A stretch of DNA of 63,796 nt, filler included, from Reticulomyxa filosa (taxonomy: Eukaryota; Protista; Foraminifera): the NCBI GenBank assembly GCA_000512085.1. It is 21 parts of 21 records of this genome, joined end to end, with 100 filler letters (N's around TTAATTAATTAA, not from the genome) between each part and the next. Parts side by side here need not be neighbours in the genome. Positions count along the whole stretch, not along the records: positions 22,980 to 24,010 come from ASPP01028053.1; positions 24,111 to 25,731 come from ASPP01010652.1; positions 25,832 to 28,382 come from ASPP01010081.1; positions 28,483 to 30,593 come from ASPP01014949.1; positions 30,694 to 33,489 come from ASPP01006009.1; positions 33,590 to 35,190 come from ASPP01012629.1; 15 more parts are not named here. One strand, 5' to 3'. A model generated the notes under the pieces. It saw only the letters and a program-made list of their open reading frames with translations. It ran no database searches and was not told the DNA's origin. Of this stretch, positions 23,399 through 35,290 are shown piece by piece; within the stretch, counting starts at the first letter, position 1, and each line of letters opens with the position of its first letter. The position numbers and the translations under genes are program-made.

Positions 23399-24110
23399 TT
23401 TCAACAAAAAAAGATATCAAAAGAAGTTAGTCCCCTGAGTTTTTCTAGTTGAACCGTCGACTTAAAAACTCAACTTGTCGTATTATGATCAACTGGCCTT
23501 ACAGACAGTATAATCTGCCCGGTTAATACTTTGAATACTGGCACTACTTGTTTTTTTCATTGCACAAATGAATTTTGTATGATCTGAACACGGGACATGT
23601 TTAGCAAATTGAAAAAAATAGTATAATTTAGTAAAAAACTATGACATAAGCACAAGCAAACCACATTGCGTGATTTTATTAATGGAATTTGCAAAAAAAA
23701 ATTTTAAATATCACATTCTTTCATACTTCTGACAATTTCTTGCTCATCTGCAAATATTTCAAGTTTTTTTTTGCCACTTTAGTTTCGGTAAGTAATTGGC
23801 CAGGTATATAAAACGCAATTGCTAAACTAAATTTACACGAAACAATGACTAAATGAATTAATTAAATAATCTTTAAATTTGAATAAAATAATCAAAATTT
23901 CGTGTACTGACTTTTGAAACATTGTTACACTCTAGAGAAAGATATATTGACAGCAAGTTTCATATATTTTACTGGATACAGTTGAGATTTCAAAAGATAC
24001 ACCAAAAACANNNNNNNNNNNNNNNNNNNNNNNNNNNNNNNNNNNNNNNNNNNNTTAATTAATTAANNNNNNNNNNNNNNNNNNNNNNNNNNNNNNNNNN
24101 NNNNNNNNNN

Positions 24111-24280
24111 GTATACATTTTTTGTGCAAAACGCACATGTCCACGTATTGCTATTATAGATGTGACCACGTCCTGTGCAAAAATTGTCATTGCAATGAAT
24201 TGAAATGCTCTTTGTGTCATGCAAATATTCTTCGAACGCTCGTCTATGACTATCGCTGAGCATTCCACACTCTTCCAAGA
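24111..24280 (-). CDS. Cys-rich zinc-binding exon fragment, possibly the IBR domain of an RBR ligase
   Basis: AFEEYL....HCNDNFC....WTCAFCTKNVY has IBR-like Cys spacing. It is cut by the contig end. Confidence 0.35.
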
Positions 24281-25070
24281 CTTTTTTTTAAAAAAAAAAA
24301 AAACAAAAACCACAACCCGAGTGAAATCATCAAAATAATTATCTTTTTTTTTTCAGTTGTGTTTTTTTTCACTTTACTACAAGTTAGCCGTTTTTTTTGT
24401 TGTCTGTAGCATCCCCCCGTTTTTTTTTTTTTTTTTTTTTTTTTTGTCCTTGTCTGGTATTTTTCGTTATTTCAATCACTTCTTTTTCAAATACCTTGTT
24501 TTTGTAGCTTTCTTTCCTGTTGATAAAACTTATGTTTTGCTTGTTGTTTTTTTTTCCCTTTCCTTATCCTTTTCCTTGATTTCTCTTCTCTTTTCTGTTT
24601 TGATTTGTTTCATTTCGTTTTGTCTTGTGTTGCCTTGTCTTGTTGGGTTTATTCGATGGGAGACGGCACAATAACAAAAAAGTTCATTTTGTTGCAAGAC
24701 AAACCAACTTCAAATGAATAGAAATTTGCGAAAGAATTATCATTCTGTTCCTTTTCTCCAAGAAAAATATAAATATATTGTTCGTTAATCTTTTCATACA
24801 ATGTAAACCAACATCTTTTTTTAAAAAAAGAGTGAAGCCAGCGGGGGAATTAAGCGTAATTACTCTTTTTGTTGTCTTTTGTTTTGTTTCAATCTGCTTT
24901 TAACTATGCTATGCTACGTTTTTCACGAGTTAATACGTTAACAAAAGAAATAAAAATCAGAAAAAAAATTTACAAACGCAGAGCCAAAGTGACAAAGAAT
25001 TTTTTTGACAAAGCAAATAGAAAATCTTCCCCGCCCCCCGTCTGTATTTGGTTAGGAACAAACATCAACA

Positions 25071-25592
25071 ATGGCAGCAGAAACTGCAGCAAAAGAGCCG
25101 CAGTCTACAACAGATGCATCCAAAGAAGCATTGGAAAAAGCAGAACACTTAAAAAGAGCGATAGAAAACGTGAGTTGTAGTGATATTTTTTGTTTGCGAT
25201 AGAAGAGAAAAAATAAAAAATTATTCGGGGGAAAAAAAAAAAGGTAATGGGAAATCGCTTAAAAGATTCGCGTTTGCGCAATAAGTCACCTCTTGTAACC
25301 GACGAAAAAAACAAGGAACAGAATTGGATCATTACATGTCCGGCTTACGTGAACAGCGAGCAGCACGAATAAAAATCAAAGCCACGGACTTTCACTTAGT
25401 AAAAGTGATCGGGAAAGGTGCGTTTGGAGAAGTGCGAATTGTGAAGATAAACATGGGAAAGTGTTTGCAATGAAGACAATGGTAAAAAAGGCTATGGTTG
25501 CTAAGAACCAAGTCGGGCATATTGTCGCAGAAAGAGATCTCATGGCAGCAGCCAACAATCCATGGCTTGTCAAACTGCACTATGCCTTTCAA
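25071..25592 (+). CDS. NDR/LATS-family AGC serine/threonine kinase (STK38/Cbk1-like), N-terminal part
   Basis: [26 protein letters not shown], then a 1-nt frame break near 25445, then [41 protein letters not shown]|gt. The N-terminal MOB-binding-like region lies in upstream exons. Confidence 0.85.
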
Positions 25593-25940
25593 GTTTTAAT
25601 TTTTGTAAAAAAAAAATTTTTATTATTTTTTTTTCTCCTGAGGGACGAAAGAAAGGGGGTTGAGAGGGGAGGAAAAAAAAAAAGCTCCCCCCCCCCCCCG
25701 CTCGTAGCTTCCCCCTTCCTCCCCTTTTTTTNNNNNNNNNNNNNNNNNNNNNNNNNNNNNNNNNNNNNNNNNNNNTTAATTAATTAANNNNNNNNNNNNN
25801 NNNNNNNNNNNNNNNNNNNNNNNNNNNNNNNGAGAGAGAAGGAGGGAGGGAGGGGAGGGGGGGAGGGGAAGGGGGGAAAGAAGAAGGAACAATAATGCAA
25901 ATACTAAGTTTTTTTTTTTGTAAAAAAAAAAAAAAATCAA

Positions 25941-26933
25941 AGGTATGGGTTGTCACGCTTTTTGTTTTTTCGGCCAAAGTCAACGGATTTGATCGATGAA
26001 AACGAATGCACTTTTATGCTAAGCACATTGAACGTGGCCACATTTAACACTCAATGGTTAACACTATCGCACACACACACACATACACAAATCGACGTAC
26101 CATTCGTTTGGATAAATAAACAAATAAACAAATAAATAAATAAATAAATTTATTTATTTGTTAATTGTTCAACATTTTTACTTCCAAAAAAAAAAAATAA
26201 TATATATATATACATATATAAGTGCATTGCACATGAGACAATCCACATATATACACACTGTGAAACACACGAATGGATATAAAGCTGCCTGGCATATTTT
26301 GTGCCTTATGGCGAGAGCTGGAATATGTCGATACGTGGCTGCATGCGTTACAACCAAATCAATGTCGATTTCATCTGCAAAGCACAAAGGACCATCCCTT
26401 CTCAGTGTCAACACTTGAGTGGCATCCTCAAAATTTTTCAAAATCATATGGTTTGAGATCATTGCTTTTATGTGTCACTACATACATATACGTATATGTA
26501 CATACCCTCCCAATATGCATATTTGCATTGACACCAACTTTTTTTCTCTCCCTCCTCTTTTGTTGCAAAATTGAAAATGCAAAAAAAAAAAAAGACTCTG
26601 TATTACGATCCAACGGATCCTTTGTCGCAACTGTCGTCGACGGCACATAACGCAATGTACGGCAACTATGCGTTGGTGACGTATACGTATGTGTACGACC
26701 CTGTCCTAAACAACCTGTCGTTGAACCCGGACAAGCACTGGCGCGACTTTGAACGGGATGAACACATATCGTTTGGAACGGTTTGGGGGCCGAGGCATTC
26801 GCCTCTGAAAACGCTGTCATTGCAAACCACTTGGCCTCATTTCCCCGAAGGGACTTATACCGATAACTCCATTACCTCGAATTTGGAACCGTTATCGGCT
26901 CCGAAATGGACCGTCATTGCTTCCTGGTTATAT

Positions 26934-26979
<46 letters not shown>

Positions 26980-28350
26980 ATATGTATATAATGATTCTCT
27001 GCTTTATCACCTAAATCTGTTCAAACACAAAATACACAATGGAAAGGAAGAATATAAGCGAAGAGGAGCTGAATTCGCATCGCAACACTCCGCTGATAAA
27101 CGCGTTTGAAAGACTGATTCAAATTGCGTACGTTGAAGTGAAGGACGACATGCTATGGAAAGACGTGATGGACATAAAGCAACAAGAGGCCAACTCCTCC
27201 AAACGCAGAGAAAAGCAGTCAATAACAGAAAAGGAGACACCCAAGCGTCCCTTTTGCACTCCGTCCACGTCACAGCACCCTTTGTTCGATGATTTCTTCA
27301 GTTGGCTAAAGACCGTCAATGACACCGACACTTCAGAACATCAACGAACCAAAGTAATGTGTTTTTTTTTTTGTTTATTGTTACATTAATACATACATAA
27401 TATATATATATATATATATTATGTATGTATTATTTGAAGGACTTTAAAAAAGAGTTGTTTTTTTTTTTTTTGGGATTTGTTTCGGTTACAACAGCAACGT
27501 AAAAAAAAAAATCAATTGCCAATTCAAGAACCTCGAACAGCACCTTTCGCATCGTTGCTGTCCGTTCTTGTCTTGAAAATATTCCGTTAAAAACAAAGCA
27601 AATCTAATACATATATACATTCAACAAATGTACACCATAAGTATCATATTGATGGTGATTCACATACACATATAAATGTATATATGTATGTATATATATA
27701 TATATATGTACATTTATATGTGTGTATACCAAAAAAAAAAAAAAAATGAAATGGAAGACTTGAAACTCTCTCGAATTGGTGAGCTTTGGTCGGATTTTCT
27801 GCTGACGGTATCTCAACGATGGGACGATGCGGAGTTGTTACCGGGCATTGAAGACTCGTCTCCCGACTATCGCTGTTGTTTTTTGCACCAGCACTTGCAG
27901 CTGCTGAACGAGTGCATTCGTCGGAAGTTGACGCACAAGGCGCGTTTGAAAAAGAAGCAGGAACGACAGAGTAGTTATTATGGCACAAGAAAAGAAGGAG
28001 AAGCATCGTCATCAGGACCTGTGTCTGTCGGCGTAGATAGCGAGCATCCTACCTTGAAACTCGTTCACCACGGCGATATTCCGCTGCGCATCCCAATCCT
28101 GCAGGAACACCCGGTGTTCACGTCGGATGGACTAGATCGACACTACCAGGAACTCGCGGCCATTGGGTCGTCCACTGAGGCGTCGCAAAAACGCGCAATC
28201 TTGCAAGGGACACAATTGCGATCAGATATGATGGCGTTCAAAGCCGCCAATCCAAAGTGTTGTTTGGAAGACTTTATTCGTTGGTTTTCTCCAAATGATT
28301 GGATTGAGGAGAGTGACATGGCAGACAATAACAACAACAACAACAATGGC

Positions 28351-28382
<32 letters not shown>
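25941..28382 (+). CDS. RAB3GAP1: Rab3 GTPase-activating protein catalytic subunit (partial, multi-exon)
   Basis: PDYRCCFLHQHLQLLNECI; LRIPILQE; QLRSDMMAFKAANPKCCLEDFIRWFSPNDW (family signature SDMxxFKAANPxxxLEDFxRWxSP); upstream WPHFPEG..TDNS..SNLEPLSAPKW. Confidence 0.9.
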
Positions 28383-29134
28383 NNNNNNNNNNNNNNNNNN
28401 NNNNNNNNNNNNNNNNNNNNNNNNNNTTAATTAATTAANNNNNNNNNNNNNNNNNNNNNNNNNNNNNNNNNNNNNNNNNNNNAAAAAAAAAAAAATTATG
28501 TAAAAACTTTCTAGAAAGTTGTAATTTCATTGGTACCCCTTTCAAAGTGTGAAAAGCAAGGGGGGGAGGGACGGAAGGGGGATTCGGAATCGCAAAAGGT
28601 GAAAAGTGAACTTTCAAAAGTGCAGAAACAAAAAAAAATCAAAAGTGTATTGAATCTTATCCAACACAACAATAAACATAAAATTAAGACTAGTTGTATT
28701 CCAGCTGCCACAAAAGTTACATTATCTGACGAAATTGTGTGGGGCATGCTAATCAAATTCTTTCAAGCATCGATTGGCTTTTTGACCCACAATTACTTTT
28801 CATTACATTTTTAAAGTAATGAAAAGTAATTGGAATTGGAATAAAACTTACAAACAGAACAAATTTTACTTTTGATCATTTTATAACCAAATCAAAAAAA
28901 AAAAAATAAAATAATTTGCTAAATAAAATTTTCACAAATTTAAACTAAACTTAAAAAAAAGATTATTCAAAATCGAAAATAATTTGTGAACGAAACAAAA
29001 CATATTGTGTGGCTGTGCGATTGAAAAAAATAAAAAAACCTATCTTTGGACAGGCCCAAGATCTCAAAAAAAAAGAGCGAAACACTCTAAAAAAAAAAGA
29101 GACAAAAAAAAAAAAAAAGTACAATCTCAATTAT

Positions 29135-30458
29135 ATGGAAATACCAGCGGGAACTGTTGTCAGTCCACTAATTGAGCCACGTGATTTGTCAGTGAGCTCC
29201 ATGTCAGGAATTACTGACTCATCTGACACAAAAACCTGGAGCGCAGCACAAGTACACGACTGGATAGCAAGTAAAGATTTGTTGTGTCAACATGCGGACT
29301 CGTTCTTAACAAACGGCATCGACGGAAAGAAATTATTGTGTTTGACAGAAGAAGAGATGCAAAACGTTTTAAATATACGTGCAGCAAATCACCGCACAAC
29401 ATTACTTTCCTACATAAACTCGTTAACGAATACTAAAAAATCGAATCGACAAAGAAATCGAACGGAAAAAAAGAAATCGGTGCGAAAGCATTCGTCATTG
29501 GCGATTTCGACCGCATCACTGACCTTAGCATCGAATAGACGAGCAAATTCCGCCAAAAGATATACAATAAGTTATGAGAGTGGAGGCACTCCAACTCACA
29601 GCAAAATGTCTCCTTCAATACACAGCAAAAGCAGCTATAATTTGGAGCACAAAAGTAAGCACGATGAAGAGAAAAGAGATGAATCACAGCCAACAGACAC
29701 GAAAGGCTTGACCAAGACCTTGAGAATAATAATAGACTCTACTGAAAATGCAACACAAACGATTGATCCTGACATGGCGGTCGAACAAAAAAAATCCGTT
29801 GCAACTGAGCCAGGTACGTTATGTAACAACTATAGTATTGCATGTTGACCTTTATATGTATAATATATATATATATATATATATGTATATGTACACATAT
29901 ATGTACATATACATATATTATACATATAAAGATCCACAATTAGGAAAAAGTGTGGAGGATGCAGAATGCGACGCGAAAACAATGGATGAAAAAAAGGAGT
30001 CGATGGATGTTGAAGTGCGCTCCTCGAAAAAATGGAGTGGCTTCCTTGTAAAGACTGGTTTTGAAAGCCTGTATAAAGGCATTAAACAGAAGCCCACGAA
30101 AGAAAAAAGATCGCACAAAGCGATGGGCAAGGCGATATACTTAATCACAAAACAACAACAAGAAATTATTCACTTCGGATGGATTAAAAAAAAAGGTCCC
30201 AAAAAAAATCACAAATTGCATGAGAGGTGGCTCGAGTTTTATAATAATGGCTATTTGTTTTATTTTCACAGTAGACCGGATGAACACACCAAACCCATTG
30301 GGTGCATTGATGTCAATCAAACTCAAGAGATGCAAATTGAAAAAGATCATTTTCTTTGTCTCAAGACTTCTCAACGCACTTGGGTTTTTCAGTGTCTTTC
30401 TCACCAAAGTTTGAATGATTGGGCCAACCAATTTCGTCCTTTTGTCGCCAAATGTTAG
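29135..30458 (+). CDS. SAM-domain + PH-domain signalling adaptor (2 exons)
   Basis: SAM: WSAAQVHDWI..HADSFLTNGIDGKKLLCLTEEEM..LNI..HRTTLL. PH: HFGWIKKKG..HERWLEF..LFYF..PIGCIDV..RTWVFQC..LNDW. A (TA)n intron lies at about 29814-29931. Confidence 0.85.
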
Positions 30459-30765
30459 AACGTGCAATGATGTTTCTTGCCACAAAACTTTTTTTTGTCA
30501 AAAAAAAGTTACACGTTAAAACATACTTCCTGAGATTGTTTCATGTATCAACGAAACAACGCCACCTCCGTATTGAAATTACACACCATTTTTNNNNNNN
30601 NNNNNNNNNNNNNNNNNNNNNNNNNNNNNNNNNNNNNTTAATTAATTAANNNNNNNNNNNNNNNNNNNNNNNNNNNNNNNNNNNNNNNNNNNNACATACC
30701 AAAAAATAAAAAATAATAAATAAAAATAAAAAAAAAACTCAAGTGAACGATGAATTTAACACATA

Positions 30766-31729
30766 TCAAAAATCTTCATCAAATGACACATCAAAGAAAA
30801 AAGCCAACTCTCTGGCTGCAGCCTCATTCGAATCACTACCATGAACAGCATTGTTTTCAATACTGTCTCCACCTGCAATTAAATTAACACAAACATACAT
30901 ACAAAAGCATATACATATATACATATATATTTTTAATATGAATATAGACATTAGATAAACACAATAGCATAGCAACAATAATAACAAAAAATAGTTCCAG
31001 TAAGTGACATACCATAGATAGCTCGAATACTATTCGGACTGACTTGTTTTGCTTCAATGGGATTGGTTGGGCCCATCAAGGTTCGCCACTTTTTAACAGC
31101 ACCCTTGCATTCCAACGCCAACACCAACACAGGTCCTACGCCAAACACGTTCAACAAGCATATGCAAAAGCTCACAGAAACAACAAACGAAATCTCAAAA
31201 AAATAAATAAATACATAAAAAAAAAAACAACCAAAAACAATAAGCGACCTTTTGTCATGTGTTCAATGAGAGTATCGTAAAACTTTCTCTGTGAGTGATC
31301 GGAATAGAAAAGCGATACTTGTTCTTTTGTCAGGTTTACACGCTTTTCTGCAATTATTGTAAACCCTTCTCTTGCAATACGAGCTTTAATATCTTCCTTC
31401 TTTTCATAGGCGTCAGGTTTTATTATTGCTAATGTTCGCTCTTTTGTTCTGTTCCATTATTTTTTATTTTTATTTTTTCTTCTCCTTTCTAATTCCGAAG
31501 GATTTTTTGCCAAAGGGATAGGAAAAATTGGAGTTTTTTTTTCCCTCCGGCTTTTTTTAATAAGGGCCTTCTCTTACCGTTTTTTTTCAGTCGATCCGTA
31601 CCATATGACTCCGCCAACTATCACAAGTGACACTGCGAGAAGACCTAGCTTTTGTGACATTGTCCAAGATTGATCACTTGGACTACTTGGAGTGGTAGTA
31701 TTAGACGACAATGAAGGATTCTGAGCCAT
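30766..31729 (-). CDS. NDK: Nucleoside diphosphate kinase with an N-terminal hydrophobic anchor exon (4 exons)
   Basis: ERTLAIIKPDA, GPVLVLALE..WRTLMGPTNP..PNSIRAIYG and NAVHGSDS (catalytic His)..RELAFFF. Exon 1 (31729-31578; 152 nt, phase 2) splices in frame: CG|GTAAG...CAG|A. Confidence 0.88.
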
Positions 31730-32348
31730 GATCTTAAAAAACACCAATATAATTGATCAAAAGGATACCTAAATGTCCAACAATTTCAGTTTTTCGTTTT
31801 TTAAAGTTTTGTTTTCACTAACACGCTATTTTAGGTATGTGGATATCATTGTTTGCATCTTGTTAACGTCCTTTTTACTAAAATACTTTTAAAGGCAAAA
31901 AGTGTTGATGTCCTGATATTTTTAAGGCAAGGAATAAGATGTATTTTTTCCTAATTTTTTATAAATAAAATAATTGAATTTTCAATACATTACGAAGTAT
32001 GTTCTCCTCTTAAGTTTTTGTACTTTTAAAAAAGCTGTGAACAATATTATCGCCTTGATATCTATCAAAAGGAAACATTATATCAACTATTCTCACAGTT
32101 CAACAAAATAAGCAAAACGTCAATGCTCAGTTTTTATTAGTGAGTTGTTCCGAGTGTATAAAGGATAATATGCACAGAGAATACATGGGCATGTTTTGGT
32201 TAACATTTTCGAATGCACTTAATTTTGTAGTTGAAGAACATGTGTTTTAAGGGCGCAACAACAAAGGAGCTGAGGAGAAGCCATTTTTCGATTTTTCACT
32301 ACCACATCTCCCCATTTTATCAATCAAAGACGCGTTGTAAAGAGCAAA

Positions 32349-32612
32349 ATGCCATATGGATCACCTGCTTGTAACAAACCCAAAACAAAATTTTTGGAAT
32401 GTGTGCTTCGCACTGAGTGCTTCGCCAAGCACAGGTCGTTTGAATATTGTATTAAAAAATGGAAGCAAGAGGCAGACGACGGCGAACCTGAACCACCATG
32501 TCATGACGAAAGAAGAATTTATTCCTTGTGTGTGCACGAACAATGGAGTCCTCAAAGTCGATGGCGCGGAAATCGATACTCCAATCCTGACGATGTAAAA
32601 GAAGCCAATTAA
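32349..32612 (+). CDS. COA5: Cytochrome c oxidase assembly factor COA5/Pet191 (twin CX9C protein)
   Basis: C-x9-C-x5-C..C...C-x9-C spacing and C-terminal SRWRGNRY ~ family RFRGN motif; 87 aa. Confidence 0.8.
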   Translation: MPYGSPACNKPKTKFLECVLRTECFAKHRSFEYCIKKWKQEADDGEPEPPCHDERRIYSLCVHEQWSPQSRWRGNRYSNPDDVKEAN

Positions 32613-32967
32613 TGTACCTTCTCTAACGTTCAACGTTTTTTTAAACAAACAAGAAAGTGTGGTTTATCTTTATTCATTTTGTTCCCTTTTCTTGGGTGAT
32701 CTGGACTCGTCGTGCCCCAGTGAAAAGGAATGACATAAAACATAAGCTTTTGGCAAAATCGTAAACAATAATTTTTCGTCTTTAATGAAGTATTGAGAAA
32801 AAGTATGATATGTTTTGTGACAGCTTTGAGCTATTTTTTTGGATAAATGATAAATGGCAGCATTTTCTGCGTTACTTTCAGTTTATAAAATCTCGTTCAG
32901 TTCGGCTCAACAATAAATTTACCCCCTCCCATAATAAATAAATCTCAAAGAGCTCTGAAAGATCCAG

Positions 32968-33398
32968 ATGGAGTTACGAGTTGGGGGAAAATATCGCCTT
33001 GGGAGAAAAATTGGCTCAGGAAGCTTTGGCGACATATACCTAGGTGATTTTTTTGTTGTTGTTTTTTTTTTTACAAAAAAACAAAGTGTTAGACGAAAAC
33101 GCGCAAGGAAATACTTGGGATGGTTGAATAAATGGCAGGGACAAACATAAACTCTGGAGAAGAAGTGGCAATAAAGCTTGAATCAGTAAAAACTCGCCAT
33201 CCGCAACTCGCGTATGAATATAAAGTGTACCGCATATTGGCAGGTGGAGTAGGCATTCCAAATGTGCGTTGGTTCGGACGTGAGGGAGACTTTAACGTAA
33301 TGGTGATGGACATACTGGGTCCGTCTTTGGAGGATCTTTTCAACTTTTGCTCACGAAAGCTGACATTGAAAACAGTCTTGATGTTGGCCGATCAAATG
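32968..33398 (+). CDS. CK1: Casein kinase 1 (delta/epsilon-like), 3' partial
   Basis: [26 protein letters not shown]|[47 protein letters not shown], with an intron at 33044-33138. Confidence 0.96.
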
Positions 33399-34186
33399 GT
33401 ACAAAAATCTGGACAAAGAAGGAGAAAGAGTAGTGGGGGGAGGGAAGGAGAAGTAGAGAAAAAAAAAAGGGGGAGGGAAGAAGGGGCCCNNNNNNNNNNN
33501 NNNNNNNNNNNNNNNNNNNNNNNNNNNNNNNNNTTAATTAATTAANNNNNNNNNNNNNNNNNNNNNNNNNNNNNNNNNNNNNNNNNNNNCTTTTTTTTAA
33601 AAAAAAAAATGATAGTTAAGTGAGTATTCATTTTTTTTTTTTTTTTTTGGGATTAGGATAGACGCTGTTGCTTCACCTCGCTTTCGGCGAACGAGCTCAT
33701 AACGCAATTTGTCCAAGGCTTCCTTTTTATGTATATCTTTAAGCCATCTGATTTGTGCAGGCGCTACCTTTACTGTTTTTAAATGATCTTCTGCTGGCTC
33801 TGTTTCTCCTTCTTGGCTTGTATGCTGTATCATCATCTTTAGTTTTTTTTATTTTTATGCAATCTTTGTGACCCTCGACAAAAAACACTTGCAACTGCGG
33901 TAAATGTTGAGCTTTACGCCTTATGCACAAAACCAGAACTTATGTTGAATAATAAACCACGCTTTTCTTTTTTTTTGGCAGTATCAAAAAAGAGTCTGTT
34001 TTTTTTTTAATTGAATTTATCAAATTGTCAATTCTTATTATCATTTCAAACAAAAATAACAATTTGGAAAAATGTTTGCGGAATGAAAGCAGTATCAAAT
34101 AATAAATTGTATTCCTTATGTGAACGTTTCAACTTTTAAAAAAGAAGCCCCATTCATCGTCTCCATAAGACGCAGCAAAGAACTCA

Positions 34187-35190
34187 TGGCGGAAATTGAT
34201 ATGAATGGGAAAAAAACAAGCTCGGATGCAGAAAACAGCGCAGTTGACTTAGAACTATTGTGTATCACTTTTTTAATTTTATTTTGAAGTTGGTGTGTAC
34301 ACACTTGTTGGATCGTGTTGGGGATCGAACTTATAGCGCGCATCCAAGTCCGACACAAGCACTGCGGCTGGGAGATCTGACCAACAAATGCCGATTGAAA
34401 GAAAGTTGCAATTGGCAGAAAAGGCCAATGAGATTTACCGAGAACAAGTTAAAAAAAAAAAGCCAACTATGCAATAAGAAAAGAGAACCTACGTATACAC
34501 CTTTTTTTTTTTTTGATTTTTTTCAAAAAAAAAAAAAGGTGAAATTTCTGCAATATCATTTAAACGATATCCGAACAATAGTGCAAGAGAAAGATAACAT
34601 AATAGAAAACTTGACATTGCGTTACGATTTAGGGTTGCTACCAAAAGACAAAGCGTATGGAGCAGATATGATTACATCGGACAAAATAAATGACAAAGAG
34701 CTTCGGATGAAGGCAGAAGGGCTAGCTCACTGTACTATTCTGGAAAACTTTGAATTGAGAGTTTAAAAAATAAAAAAGGGGGGGGGGGCTTTTTACATAT
34801 ATATTTTTTTGAATTGATGTTTTTGTGTTAAAAGAAATGATAACAAATAACAATGTGTATAATCTCATAGGAATTGGTTGGTGATTTGAAAGGTGAAAAT
34901 GTTTATTTAATCGGTCAAATTCACCAACTGGAGTTTTTTTTTTTTTTTTTTGGAATAAGTAGTGTGCATTTAACTTTATCGGATTAGACGCATATTGTAA
35001 TATATGCTATGTACACATATATATATAAGTGTAAATCGAATAAAAGAAAACATAACAAACAAAAATCAGCAAGACAAGCTAAACCTGCAAACATTTCATT
35101 TGAATAAGATACTAAAAAATGGGCCACTACCACAAGACCTATTCAATGTAATTATCTTTTCGTATTTTTTTTTTTTAAAAAAAAAAAAAA
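34187..35190 (+). CDS. Hypothetical coiled-coil protein, multi-exon, 3' partial
   Basis: Exon-like segments (EKANEIYREQ|VKFLQYHLNDIRTIVQEKDNIIENLTLRYDLG..ILENFELR) are separated by GT..AG homopolymer-rich introns. Confidence 0.4.
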
Positions 35191-35290
35191 NNNNNNNNNN
35201 NNNNNNNNNNNNNNNNNNNNNNNNNNNNNNNNNNTTAATTAATTAANNNNNNNNNNNNNNNNNNNNNNNNNNNNNNNNNNNNNNNNNNNN

